Assembly: GCA_964447495.1 (NCBI GenBank)
Contig: CAYUTF010000007.1
Coordinates: forward strand, 27,313-66,316
DNA: 39,004 nt
Origin: an uncultured archaeon
GTDB taxonomy: Archaea; Asgardarchaeota; Lokiarchaeia; Sigyniarchaeales; SOKP01
Direction: 5' to 3'
The position numbers and the translations under genes are program-made. The notes beneath the pieces are model-generated. The model was not told the DNA's origin, ran no database searches, and worked only from the letters and a program-made list of their open reading frames with translations. Shown piece after piece: positions 25,227 to 34,836 of the stretch. The stretch's first letter is position 1. Each line of letters begins with the position of its first letter.

Positions 25227-26572
25227 GGGCAATGTTAGCATTTCATAGGACGGATATAGACCGGGAGTTCCTTGAGGAGCTGAAGAAGGTTTACCAGGTT
25301 AAGTCGCCTTTCGAAGATAAGGTTGTTGAGCTGTTCCAATACGATGACGTCACGGGTTTTTATGCATTTCCGTGGAGTGCTTTTAAGTATTTTATCCGGA
25401 AGTGCGAAGTGCGGGTGTCAGATGGGGGCCGGACGTTCCGAGCTGATGCCCCGGGGTTTATACCCAGAGAAGGGCAAGAAGAGGCCATAAGGTCCATAGT
25501 GAACTTTCTAAAGGCAGGAAAGGAAGAGCGTGGGTTTGCAGGAGGGGTTCTTTGCGCTGGTTGTGGCAAAGGTAAGACAATTATGTCTTCCAAGATAATT
25601 CTGGAAATGGGAGTTCCTACTTGTGTTCTAGTACACAAGGAGTTTTTAGAGGAACAGTGGTGTATAGCGTTGAAGGAAACTTTGGGGTCTAATGTTTCTG
25701 TTGGGGTATACAGGGGCAAGAAGAAGAATACGGGCAAGACGCATGATATAGTCATAGCAAGCGTTCAGTCTTTAACCTCACCAAAGAGTAAGATTCCAGA
25801 AGGTTTTGCTAAGTCTTTTGGTTTGTTGGTTGCTGATGAAGTTCATAGGTATGGGGCAGAGGTGTGGCAGACAGCTATATGGAAGTTTCCTACTATGTTT
25901 AGATTAGGGCTTACAGCTACTCCAAATAGGTTTGATGGTATGTGGCCAGTAATTTCGGGTAATATTGGACCAATAATTTATGAGTTAGAGTCAGAGGACT
26001 TGCCTAACTCGGTTTATCTGGTCAAGTTGGAGACTCCTTTGAACCGGTCAGAGTGGGACCATAGTTGGAGTAAGGACGAGCATAAGCGTGCAGCGTTGTT
26101 GTCTTTGTTGGCGGTTCATTCAGGCAGGAATTTAGCTATAGCAAAGCAGATAGTTGCGGCCTTTAAGAAGGGGCGAAAGGTTATGGTCTTATCTTCCAGG
26201 AAAGTACAGTTGAGAACATTGTCTGCTCTAGTGGTGAAAGATGGGGTTAGCGAGTCGGACATTGGAATGTTGGTCGGGGGGTTAAAGAAAGTCGAGAGAG
26301 AAGAGGCACAGAGTAAGCAGCTCATTTTTTCGACTTATTCAATGTCCAATGAAGGGTTAGATATTCCTACGCTGGATACTATGTTTCTAGCGCTACCACA
26401 GGCAGACATACGTCAGGCAGTTGGAAGGCTTTTTAGAGATTGCGCTGGGAAGTCTAAGCTTATAACGGTTGATTTTATCGACTCGACTATTAGAGAATTA
26501 GTTGGACAAGCATATAAAAGATTGGCATTATACAGGGATATGGGCTGTGAGGTTCACGGTACAATTGAATAA
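25214..26572 (+). CDS. SF2 DEAD/DEAH-like helicase (UvsW/ResIII-like)
   Basis: PREGQ, GCGKGKT, ADEVH, GLTATP, EGLDIP and QAVGRLFR. ATG at 25214 follows GGAGAGG. Confidence 0.9.
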   Translation: MFSLGAMLAFHRTDIDREFLEELKKVYQVKSPFEDKVVELFQYDDVTGFYAFPWSAFKYFIRKCEVRVSDGGRTFRADAPGFIPREGQEEAIRSIVNFLKAGKEERGFAGGVLCAGCGKGKTIMSSKIILEMGVPTCVLVHKEFLEEQWCIALKETLGSNVSVGVYRGKKKNTGKTHDIVIASVQSLTSPKSKIPEGFAKSFGLLVADEVHRYGAEVWQTAIWKFPTMFRLGLTATPNRFDGMWPVISGNIGPIIYELESEDLPNSVYLVKLETPLNRSEWDHSWSKDEHKRAALLSLLAVHSGRNLAIAKQIVAAFKKGRKVMVLSSRKVQLRTLSALVVKDGVSESDIGMLVGGLKKVEREEAQSKQLIFSTYSMSNEGLDIPTLDTMFLALPQADIRQAVGRLFRDCAGKSKLITVDFIDSTIRELVGQAYKRLALYRDMGCEVHGTIE

Positions 26573-26582
26573 GGAGTAGTAT

Positions 26583-27104
26583 ATGGCACTGAATAGGGCT
26601 ATTGTTAAGTCCGCTGCCGGGCTGTTTGATTTGAACTCTATGTTTAGAAAACGTATTTCAAGGCTGACAGTAGATGAGTGTACTATTTATTGGTCGGTTA
26701 TCGATTTGTTGGAAAAGAAGGTCCTAAAGGGCAGGAAGGCAGAGTTACGTAGCCGTCTGTTGGATCTTGTAAAGACGATGGGGGCGGTGGATAAAAAAGG
26801 AAATAAAGTTTTGAAGCTTGGAGATATTCAAGCAGAAGTGAAAAGGGGTATGAGAGCCGGTAAGATCTCGTATTCTATTGAAGCTGCAAAGGAGTACATA
26901 CATTCTCATTCTGAGAAAGACCCAGAGGTAGCAAGGCTTATACATAACGTGCCAAAGGTGGATGAAAATGTATTGGTAGCGTTGTATGAAATGGGGAAAA
27001 TGAGTCAGAAGGAGTTTGATAGTATTGCTGTTGCGGGTGATGACGTAGAAGTTTTAACGGTAAAGCATCCAAAAGACATCTCGGGTTTATTAGAGGACCA
27101 ATGA
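26583..27104 (+). CDS. Hypothetical protein
   Basis: AAGGAG RBS. Charged and helical; no confident family. Confidence 0.6.
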   Translation: MALNRAIVKSAAGLFDLNSMFRKRISRLTVDECTIYWSVIDLLEKKVLKGRKAELRSRLLDLVKTMGAVDKKGNKVLKLGDIQAEVKRGMRAGKISYSIEAAKEYIHSHSEKDPEVARLIHNVPKVDENVLVALYEMGKMSQKEFDSIAVAGDDVEVLTVKHPKDISGLLEDQ

Positions 27105-27664
27105 ATAAAGAGGAAAGAGAAAGGCGCAAGGAGGTAGCAAGGTTAAAAAGAAATGAGTATTCCAAGAAATACTATAGAGAGCATCGGCACGAGTTGTTAG
27201 ACAACAAGAGGGAGAGGTATAATACCGATCAAGAGTATCACGATAAGGTTTTAGACAGGGCTAAGTCCTATCAGAGGTCTGAAAGGGCGAAGTGCAAAAG
27301 GCGAAAGAGGAATTTGAAAGACCCTAAGGAGGTTGAGGTATGCATTGATGGTAAGGTTAGGGTTATAGAAGTATTCAATTTAAGGCAGCTATCGGTGGCG
27401 TTAGGGAAGAACATCGCCACTGTTAGAGGTTGGGAGGAGAGGGGTATTCTACCGAAGGCTATGTATAGGGAGTCCCATGGGGTTAGTGGTGGAAGGCTAT
27501 ACCCAAAGTTTCAGTTCTTTAAGATACTGGAGGCCTATGCGGAAGTCATTGAGGAAGATACCCAGGAGTTGCTAGATAAAAGAATCTCTTATACGTCATT
27601 TCAGGACAAGTTAAGGGAAATATGGGCGAGGTACCCAAGAGGTTTGGATCCAGCAGAGCTTTAG
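27101..27664 (+). CDS. MerR-type HTH DNA-binding protein with basic N-terminus
   Basis: FNLRQLSVALGKNIATVRGWEERGILPKA...GRLY. Confidence 0.7.
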   Translation: MNKEERERRKEVARLKRNEYSKKYYREHRHELLDNKRERYNTDQEYHDKVLDRAKSYQRSERAKCKRRKRNLKDPKEVEVCIDGKVRVIEVFNLRQLSVALGKNIATVRGWEERGILPKAMYRESHGVSGGRLYPKFQFFKILEAYAEVIEEDTQELLDKRISYTSFQDKLREIWARYPRGLDPAEL

Positions 27665-27673
27665 GAGAGTGTA

Positions 27674-28087
27674 ATGGAAGATAATAATGGAAAAATAGTG
27701 GTTGCAAGTTCTTGTTCCAGGGAGTGCGAGTGTGGAACTGGTGCCTTGGAGTCTCGAGTCGGGAAAGGCCGAGTACTTGTGTCGAGGACTTATCCGAAGT
27801 ATCCGGGTAAGGATAGTGAGGAGTATGAGGAGTTTGAAGTTGGAGTCTTCAATACCGCGACGGCTTCAGTCACAGTTCCAATCAGTATTACTCATAATTT
27901 GGGGAATTATGAGAGTGTTAAAACAGGGGTCATTGTGACGTTGCCTTGTTATGTGGAGGAGCTCGACGAGTGTTTCGAAAAAGCTCGGGCTTTTGCCGAG
28001 GAGAAGTCTGGAGAAATGTCCGATTTTTCTACTTCTTATAAAGCCTTTTTGAAGAAATGGAGACGCGGCGACTATGCCTCCAAGTAA
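27674..28087 (+). CDS. Conserved phage hypothetical protein
   Basis: AGGAG RBS. THNLGNYESVK motif of the kind often seen in phage recombination modules. Confidence 0.6.
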   Translation: MEDNNGKIVVASSCSRECECGTGALESRVGKGRVLVSRTYPKYPGKDSEEYEEFEVGVFNTATASVTVPISITHNLGNYESVKTGVIVTLPCYVEELDECFEKARAFAEEKSGEMSDFSTSYKAFLKKWRRGDYASK

Positions 28088-29303
28088 GAAGAAGAAGGGC
28101 GCCGGTAGAAAAGCGGCTAAGAATGAGGGGGAAGGCACAGCTTTAGAGAGGCTGATGCAGCAGGTGAATGCTACGTATGGAGAGGGTACGCTACTACCGG
28201 CGGTAAGGGCAGAAAGTCTAATAGTAGACTGGATTCCAACGGGCATTTTTGACCTCGACGTGAGGACAGGTGGAGGATTCCCTAGGGGGAGGATCACGCT
28301 CATTAAAGGGAAGTTTTCTTCATGGAAAACGGCGTTGTGCTATAAGGGACTGAGTTCCGTACAGCGTATGTGTAGATTTTGTGGGAAGCCGCTGGAGATT
28401 ATTGACTTGTTTGGGGAGGTCCATGAGGTTGATTGCAAATGCGGAAAGCGAGAGCGTGGAGTTGGTTTGTGGATAGATGGGGAGCATGTTTTTGACCCCG
28501 AGTGGGCTTCTCAGTGGGGGGTGAATTGTGACGATGTTTTGTTATTGGAGCCAGAGTCAGCAGAGCAGGCAATAGATGTTATAGATAAAGCTATTAGAAC
28601 TCGGCAGTGCGACCTTGTGGTAGTGGATTCTATTGCTTCATTGACTCCGATTATTGAGTCAGCTTCGGCAGCGGGAGACCAGCAGATGGGGATTGCAGCC
28701 AAGTTGTTCAATAAAGCATGTAGAAAGTGGACGGCAGGGTTTAATTCGTTTGGGCTCTTAGCGAAAACTAAGTGCACTATGCTGCTGATAAATCAGTTAC
28801 GGGAGAAGCTGGGTCCATATGGTGGGTTAACATCCCCAGGCGGGATGGGGTTTGGTTTTTCCGAGTCCTTAGAGATAATGACAAAGGCTGAGGAGTATAT
28901 CATTGATGAGGCTACTAATCGAAACGTTGGGTCTTTAATTTCTTATCAAATACTTAAGAGTAAAGTGTACCCACCATCTTTGCCATACGGTGAGTTTGCT
29001 TTGTATTTCTCTAAAGTTAAAGGTAAACATTATGTTGGGTCTACGAATACTGAAGAACAGGTTATAAAGTATGGTGAGTATTGGAAGCTTATAGCTAAAG
29101 CGGGGGCTTGGTATACGTTTAAAGATATCAAGGTACAGGGAAAGCCGGCACTTATTAGGGAGTTACAGAAGCGGCCGGAGTATGTGATGGAGTTGATGGA
29201 TGACATTAGGCGTAAAGAGAAGGTTTGGAAGGATGAGGGTAGGTTTGACGAGACCGATGGGTTAGTGTGGGCAGGGAGTAATGAAGAAAAAGAAGAAGGC
29301 TAA
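28074..29303 (+). CDS. recA: RecA/UvsX-like recombinase with Cys4 insertion
   Basis: IPTGIFDLD..GGGFPRGRI, variant Walker A GKFSSWKT, IDGEH, VVVDSIASL, INQLREK, PGG and KAGAWY. Confidence 0.9.
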   Translation: MPPSKKKKGAGRKAAKNEGEGTALERLMQQVNATYGEGTLLPAVRAESLIVDWIPTGIFDLDVRTGGGFPRGRITLIKGKFSSWKTALCYKGLSSVQRMCRFCGKPLEIIDLFGEVHEVDCKCGKRERGVGLWIDGEHVFDPEWASQWGVNCDDVLLLEPESAEQAIDVIDKAIRTRQCDLVVVDSIASLTPIIESASAAGDQQMGIAAKLFNKACRKWTAGFNSFGLLAKTKCTMLLINQLREKLGPYGGLTSPGGMGFGFSESLEIMTKAEEYIIDEATNRNVGSLISYQILKSKVYPPSLPYGEFALYFSKVKGKHYVGSTNTEEQVIKYGEYWKLIAKAGAWYTFKDIKVQGKPALIRELQKRPEYVMELMDDIRRKEKVWKDEGRFDETDGLVWAGSNEEKEEG

Positions 29304-29679
29304 AGTTCGGAGTCCATTTTCAAGGTCGCCGGTTCAGACTTTTCTTTCCGAAAACGCAGAAGAGCCGACCGTGAGGGAGATATCGAGCTTTAATGAGAAG
29401 CGGTTATCTGAGCGTTTAGGTTTTGATCTTACTCCGGGGTCGGGGTGTGTACCGTGGTTATGCAAGAAAGGTGATGGTAGGACAGAAGATTTTGTTATCG
29501 AGTGTAAGGAAACAAAGTCTTCATCTATCCGTATTACCAGCGAGATGTTGGGTAAAGTTTATGCCGAAGCCAAATATTCGGGTAAGGAGCCGGTTATGGT
29601 CATTTCTATTTACGGAGTTCCAGACCCAGTCCCTTGTGACTGGGTAATGGTTCCTGCATATCTCTTTGATTCTACTTGA
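29281..29679 (+). CDS. Holliday-junction resolvase-like PD-(D/E)xK endonuclease
   Basis: E...TPGSG...KGD...FVIECKET, located after recA. Confidence 0.75.
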   Translation: MKKKKKAKVRSPFSRSPVQTFLSENAEEPTVREISSFNEKRLSERLGFDLTPGSGCVPWLCKKGDGRTEDFVIECKETKSSSIRITSEMLGKVYAEAKYSGKEPVMVISIYGVPDPVPCDWVMVPAYLFDST

Positions 29680-29704
29680 CAAAATGCTAATAATTTTTGA
29701 TAAT
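29676..29704 (+). promoter_or_regulatory. Sigma70-type promoter TTGACA-N17-GATAAT
   Basis: TTGACAAAA at 29676 and GATAAT at 29699-29704, in the AT-rich gap before the ligase. Confidence 0.7.
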
Positions 29705-29746
29705 TATTTAATGTCATAACGATATGCCATCGACACAGGAGACATC

Positions 29747-30814
29747 ATGATTAAGCAGCTACACCCCGGAAAATGCCGATATGTTACGGATAAAGTTCTT
29801 AAGTTCTGTCACAATGTTGACTGGATTTTAGAGGAAAAGCTCGACGGGCACAGGGGACTACTTCATTGTGGGGGCGAGCTTGATAGAGCTTACTTGACAA
29901 GTAAACGAAAGTCCGCAGTAACAGGTATGTTTTGCGAGAAGGGGGAAAATGTTCCCCATATTATAGAACAAGCTCAGCGACTATCCAGGGGAAACTCTCT
30001 AGGGTACACGGTGCTAGACGGGGAGATATTAGTACCAGGTCATCCTTTTGAGTCTGTTCAGTCTGTTATGGGGGCTAAGCCTGAGAGGGCAATTTTGTGG
30101 CAGGAGGATAATGGCCGCGCGGCGTATTTTGTCTACGATATTTTATTCTTTGACGGGAAAGATGCCCGAGATGAGCCGTATTATGCAAGGCAAGAGTTGC
30201 TAAACTGTATTCTTAGGGGCAGGGAGCACTCTTCTAGTAACCTTTGTTCGATACGGAGGCATCAGTCAATAGATGCGAGGGGAGGGTTCCAAGAGTTCTT
30301 TGATGCTGTCATAAAAAAGGGGGGTGAAGGCATAGTTCTCAAGCATGTATGGGGGAGATACGGCAAGAATGTTTGGAAGTTGAAGGCGGGGTATTTAGAT
30401 AATAGTTTAGATTTTGATGTGGTAATACACGGGTTTCGGGAGGGAAAGGGTAAATTCAAGGAGTTGATAGGGGCTATCGATTTCTCCTGCTATGAGACTC
30501 GTAAAGGAGCCAATACTTTGATTCCGGTTGGTAGGTGTTCTGGTATGCCTGATGGGGCAGTTCAGTGGGCTTATGCTGGGAGTAGAAGTAAAGGTTCAGG
30601 AAATCATTTGGTTATGAGCCCGGCGTGTGTGGGGGAGCCAGGCACCAGGTCATGGTTTACGTTTTATAGTAAACAACTTATTGGGAAGGTTATAGAAGTA
30701 CGATCAAGCGGCCTAACGGCCAAGGGTAAGTTGAGACACCCAAGGTTTGTCCGTATGAGGCCGGATAAAAATGCTAGTCAATGTCCCATGCCTAGGGACC
30801 AGTTAAAGGAGTAG
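29747..30814 (+). CDS. ATP-dependent DNA ligase
   Basis: EEKLDGHR, LDGEI, VYDIL, GEGIVLK, WKLK and LRHPRF..RPDK. Confidence 0.93.
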   Translation: MIKQLHPGKCRYVTDKVLKFCHNVDWILEEKLDGHRGLLHCGGELDRAYLTSKRKSAVTGMFCEKGENVPHIIEQAQRLSRGNSLGYTVLDGEILVPGHPFESVQSVMGAKPERAILWQEDNGRAAYFVYDILFFDGKDARDEPYYARQELLNCILRGREHSSSNLCSIRRHQSIDARGGFQEFFDAVIKKGGEGIVLKHVWGRYGKNVWKLKAGYLDNSLDFDVVIHGFREGKGKFKELIGAIDFSCYETRKGANTLIPVGRCSGMPDGAVQWAYAGSRSKGSGNHLVMSPACVGEPGTRSWFTFYSKQLIGKVIEVRSSGLTAKGKLRHPRFVRMRPDKNASQCPMPRDQLKE

Positions 30815-30816
30815 TT

Positions 30817-31866
30817 ATGCAAGGAGAGCTTCGTGAAGTTCCGATAGAATTGTGCGTGGTTGATGATTTGTTTAATACCCGTACTAAGGGTATTGGCGAT
30901 ATTTCGGAGTTGGTTGAGTCCATCAAAGATAGTGGGGTTCTAGTTGCCCTTATGGGCAAAGACCGAGAGAATCCCAAGGGTGAGGTTGAGATCTATGCAG
31001 GGTACCGCCGGCTTGCGGCCGCCGCGATTGCCGGGTTGAAAGTCGTACCTGTCATGGTTCGGAAGCGAAGGGCCATGACTCGCAAGGATATGCTTCTTGA
31101 TAACATTTGCGAGAATGTTCAAAGAAGGGATTTGAACCCGGTGGATGAGGCCAGAGCCTTTTACAGACTCCAGGAGGAGTATGGAATGTCGGTATCCGAA
31201 GTCTGTACGTCTTTGGGTCTCAAGAAGAAGTTTGTCACTGACCGGCTTGATTTGTTGCGTCTTCAAAGTGTGGTGCTGAAGGCTTTGCAGGCTGAAGAAA
31301 TTTCGGTTCAGGCAGCAATTGAGATAGATCGGTTGCCGCAGAACAAGCAAGAAAAGTTTGTAGGTATCGCTCGTGAGTTCCGTGGGGCAAAGCTCAAGGC
31401 TATGGTGCAGAAGGAGCTGGATAAGATTCAGCAGAAGCTGGATGGTATTGAGAAAGAAAAGTCGAAGTCGCCCGATGCAGCCGTGATCACTGAGCATGTT
31501 CGTACGATCAAAAAGGCTTCTTCTGTAGTCTGTGTTGGACTTGGGTATTCTGACGAAGAGGCAGAGGCAGTAAAGTCTGTAAACTATCGTTCTTTGGGGC
31601 CGGACGATCTGGGTGTCGTGGCGAAGCTGTTGGACGATTGCGCTGACCAAGTGGAGGATGACATACCGATTAACGATACGGCCAAGGCTGAGCTGATAGA
31701 AGCCGTGAATTCCTCTAGGGGGATAAAGGGTACTGATGAGATTAAGTCCCTATGGGTTCAGTTCCTTATCAGTCAAGCCATGCAGAAGGCCAGGGAGATA
31801 AATCCGGAGAAGCCGAAAGTCACCCTAGCGCTGATGAGGGATATTATTGGACAGGTGTTTGAGTAG
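30817..31866 (+). CDS. ParB/Spo0J-like protein
   Basis: ELVESIKDSGVL, YAGYRRLAAA, ENVQRRDLNPVDEA, then an HTH. Confidence 0.9.
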   Translation: MQGELREVPIELCVVDDLFNTRTKGIGDISELVESIKDSGVLVALMGKDRENPKGEVEIYAGYRRLAAAAIAGLKVVPVMVRKRRAMTRKDMLLDNICENVQRRDLNPVDEARAFYRLQEEYGMSVSEVCTSLGLKKKFVTDRLDLLRLQSVVLKALQAEEISVQAAIEIDRLPQNKQEKFVGIAREFRGAKLKAMVQKELDKIQQKLDGIEKEKSKSPDAAVITEHVRTIKKASSVVCVGLGYSDEEAEAVKSVNYRSLGPDDLGVVAKLLDDCADQVEDDIPINDTAKAELIEAVNSSRGIKGTDEIKSLWVQFLISQAMQKAREINPEKPKVTLALMRDIIGQVFE

Positions 31867-31914
31867 CCTTTGTTATAGATAGGTATTCATTATAGTTTCA
31901 ACACAGGAGGCAAT

Positions 31915-33039
31915 ATGTTAGTGCATCATTCTAAGCAGTCATACAAAGAAGCCGCTTCGGACGCTGCAAGGCATGCGAGGCAGAAGCTGATGGAAGATAT
32001 TGAAAGAGGTAAGGTTTTTGCTTCAAATATTATTGAAAGGGTTCAGACCGAAGTCCCAGATGATGCGGTAGTTAGAAGTAGGGGGTTAAGGTTTGATGGG
32101 GATGAGGATAGCCGGAGCTCTGGGGAGCCGGTTGGGCTTCTTGTTGGGTATGAAGGTTCTTTATTTGAAGCGACAAAGCATTCAAGGGGTCAATTATGCC
32201 AGAGGTCCGGGATGCCCCGAAAGTATTTGTCTTGGTTAGAGGAAACTGAGCGGAGGAGTTGGGGAGTTCGGCTGGCGGCAAATAATTTTAGAGAGATTTT
32301 TCAAAACCAGTCTGACAGGTTTCTTCTTAGAAGTTACGGCGGTAAGCTTAGGGGGTTTCTGTCTGATAGGTATAAACGAAGGGACTCACGGCCATTGTTG
32401 GATGGCTTTATTGAGGCGTGTAATCAGGTAGGAGCGTTGCCCTATGATGGGATAGGGTCTGATACTCGAGTTTCGATGAAAGCGGTATTGCCCAGGGTGT
32501 TCGAGCCGATAGATAATGAAGTTCTGTCCATTGGTTGCATGTGGGAGAATAGCGATTATGGTGCGGCCAGAAACAGATTGTGGGTTTTTGTATCCCGTTT
32601 GTGGTGTACTAATAAGGCAATAATGACCACGGGGTTTTCTCAAGTACATTTAGGAAGTAGGCTACCGGATAACCCGATGATAAGCCAGAAGACGGTTGAT
32701 ATGGATACCAAGGTTACTATCTCGGCTATGAAGGACGTTATCGGAACTACCATGTCACCAGATACCGTTGAAGTACTTTGTGAAGTTATACGGGAGGCTG
32801 GGGAGAAGCAGATAGATCCCACCATTGAGTTAGAGCGTTTTAAGAAACGTTTTTCAGCCAAGGAGTTTGGAGAGGTCAAGGATAGGTTTAATACTCCAGA
32901 TGTAGTCCAACTACCGCCGGGTAATACCGCGTGGAGAATGAGCAACGCTGTTTCGTGGTTAGCGAATGACACTTCTGACTCAGATAGAAAGCTGGAGTTG
33001 ATGAAGATTTCCGGGGAGATGTTGACCACGAAGAAATGA
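31915..33039 (+). CDS. DUF932-like phage/plasmid protein
   Basis: LRGFLSDRYK, NSDYG...RLWCTN...HLGS and TAWRMSNAVS. Confidence 0.7.
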   Translation: MLVHHSKQSYKEAASDAARHARQKLMEDIERGKVFASNIIERVQTEVPDDAVVRSRGLRFDGDEDSRSSGEPVGLLVGYEGSLFEATKHSRGQLCQRSGMPRKYLSWLEETERRSWGVRLAANNFREIFQNQSDRFLLRSYGGKLRGFLSDRYKRRDSRPLLDGFIEACNQVGALPYDGIGSDTRVSMKAVLPRVFEPIDNEVLSIGCMWENSDYGAARNRLWVFVSRLWCTNKAIMTTGFSQVHLGSRLPDNPMISQKTVDMDTKVTISAMKDVIGTTMSPDTVEVLCEVIREAGEKQIDPTIELERFKKRFSAKEFGEVKDRFNTPDVVQLPPGNTAWRMSNAVSWLANDTSDSDRKLELMKISGEMLTTKK

Positions 33040-33443
33040 GTGGAGGTTTAACTGCTATGATGATTAGGCATACATGGACCGATTCTGATGACGAGCTTTT
33101 GCTGAAGATGATTTCAGAGTGTGAGCCGCTGTTTAACTATTATAAAGAGTCCAACAAGGGGTATACCGAGAGTAACGCTTGGGATGCAGTGGCCGGGAGG
33201 TTATTGCCTTTGGTTTGCGTTACGGGTGCCGCATGTAAGAGGAGGTTTGCGCGGATAAAAAAGCAGAAGAGTTCGGATAAGTCTCGTGAGAAGCTTATAG
33301 CCAAAGTAGAAGAGTTTGGAGATGTGAGTTTCCAAGCTGCCTGTGATCAGGTTCCGAGTCTGAGGAGGCAGATTGAAGCTTTAGATGCTAAGGTTGAGAG
33401 TTTGATGGAGAGGTTGGATTTTCTGATAAGTTTATGGAAGTGA
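33036..33443 (+). CDS. Myb/SANT-like (RsfA-like) transcription regulator with C-terminal coiled coil
   Basis: WTDSDDELL...AWDAVAGRL...TGAACKRRF parallels RsfA 'W...DD.LL...AF.EV...L.RT.AAC..RW'. The start may be ATG 33057 or 33060. Confidence 0.55.
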   Translation: MSGGLTAMMIRHTWTDSDDELLLKMISECEPLFNYYKESNKGYTESNAWDAVAGRLLPLVCVTGAACKRRFARIKKQKSSDKSREKLIAKVEEFGDVSFQAACDQVPSLRRQIEALDAKVESLMERLDFLISLWK

Positions 33444-33449
33444 GGGCAG

Positions 33450-34367
33450 ATGTCTCTTAAAGACAGAATAAGGGCTATTAAGCGAGGTGAAGACAGTTCG
33501 GACTTGTCTAGGATTGTCAGGTCGTATTTAGTTTCAAGGCTGCAAGACTTTCGGGAGGATGGATGGCATATATCCGATATTTGTATGATGTGTGCAAGAG
33601 CTCGAGCTCTTAAAATGTTTGGGGTCCCCGGGATGGTTAGTAACGATACGGTTACTGAAAAGTTATACGACTTAGGTAAGGGCATACACCTCATATATCA
33701 GAACTGGTATTTTGGCGGAGCCAACGTATTATGGGGTAAGTGGGAATGTCTTAGATGCCTTAAGACCTTATGGGGGTTTAAGCCTGCGTCTTTCATCGAT
33801 GGCGTCGGGTGTTATCATGATGGTAAGGGGCACCGTTGGTCTTATCAGGAGATTCCTATAAGGGTTAAGGCTGAGGAACGATTAAAAGGTTATGAGTGGG
33901 CACAGCCAGGGTTGGTAGAAGGGATTTTTAAGGATGTGGTTGGGAGTTCTGATGCGTTAGTGTGGATTGACTCAAAGAAACACTGGGTGTGCGCGGACAT
34001 AAAGACTTGTAGGGATGAAATTTTCAAGTTTCAGTATAAGAAGGCAGCTTTCGAACCGCATAGGAGGCAGGCTAATCTCTATGCATATTTGATTAAAAGG
34101 GGTTATGTTGATGGGTGCTCTCGTGAGGACATTCCGAGTCCAGAGGAAGTTTCGGTATTCTATGTTAATAGGAACACTTCTGATGAAATTGAGCATTCTT
34201 TTAATATAGATGAGGGGTTAGTACAGGCGAGTTTTGATGAATTAACTAAGTTCGATAGGTACACGGTTACTGGGGAGCTGCCCGAAAGGTGTGCTTTATG
34301 TGACACCAAGGAGGCAAAAAGAGCAAAGAAATGTGGTCAGCGAATAGCCTGCTTTTCTAGGGAGTAA
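33450..34367 (+). CDS. Cas4-like PD-(D/E)xK exonuclease
   Basis: HISDICMMCAR, GKGIH, SSDAL..ADIKT, QANLY and a C-terminal Cys cluster. Extra internal CLRC. Confidence 0.75.
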   Translation: MSLKDRIRAIKRGEDSSDLSRIVRSYLVSRLQDFREDGWHISDICMMCARARALKMFGVPGMVSNDTVTEKLYDLGKGIHLIYQNWYFGGANVLWGKWECLRCLKTLWGFKPASFIDGVGCYHDGKGHRWSYQEIPIRVKAEERLKGYEWAQPGLVEGIFKDVVGSSDALVWIDSKKHWVCADIKTCRDEIFKFQYKKAAFEPHRRQANLYAYLIKRGYVDGCSREDIPSPEEVSVFYVNRNTSDEIEHSFNIDEGLVQASFDELTKFDRYTVTGELPERCALCDTKEAKRAKKCGQRIACFSRE

Positions 34368-34371
34368 TACA

Positions 34372-34836
34372 ATGGAAGACCATCCAGCGGTATCCGACGC
34401 AAAAATGAAGATAATAACTGAGGGCTTTCCTAGGCCGAGTAAGCCGGCAGATGACAATTTAGGTTGGCCAAAGAGTGTGGGGGATTTGACGAACGAGCAA
34501 TTAGCGCTGCATCTCACGGTATGGTCTGGGTGGGCAGGGTATACCCGGGTGCTATTAGCTGTAGCTTCTGCGAACCAGGTTGCTTATGAGTCTCAAAAGG
34601 GCATATTTAGAAGTCAGGAGATGGTTAAGCACGCAGCGGATTATAAGACAGTTACTGCGTTAAGGGCGGCTGTGGACAGTTCAGAGACCATTCAGCGGTA
34701 TGATGAGAATTTTATGCAGGCAAGAGTTGAGAAGAAGATTCTATCATCATTGTTGGAGACCTATGTCGAGCGAGAGTCGGTAATCAGCCGTGAAATAACG
34801 CGGCGCAGAGGTGACATGGAAGATGCAAGAAGATAG
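34372..34836 (+). CDS. Hypothetical helical protein (possibly UvsY-like mediator)
   Basis: Long helices ending SREITRR, in a recombination-module context. Confidence 0.5.
   Translation: MEDHPAVSDAKMKIITEGFPRPSKPADDNLGWPKSVGDLTNEQLALHLTVWSGWAGYTRVLLAVASANQVAYESQKGIFRSQEMVKHAADYKTVTALRAAVDSSETIQRYDENFMQARVEKKILSSLLETYVERESVISREITRRRGDMEDARR

Noticed and set aside
31867-31914. Promoter before the DUF932 gene (TATAGT at 31891)
   Set aside because: There is no properly spaced -35. The ACACAGGAG shared with the ligase leader is explained by the RBS.
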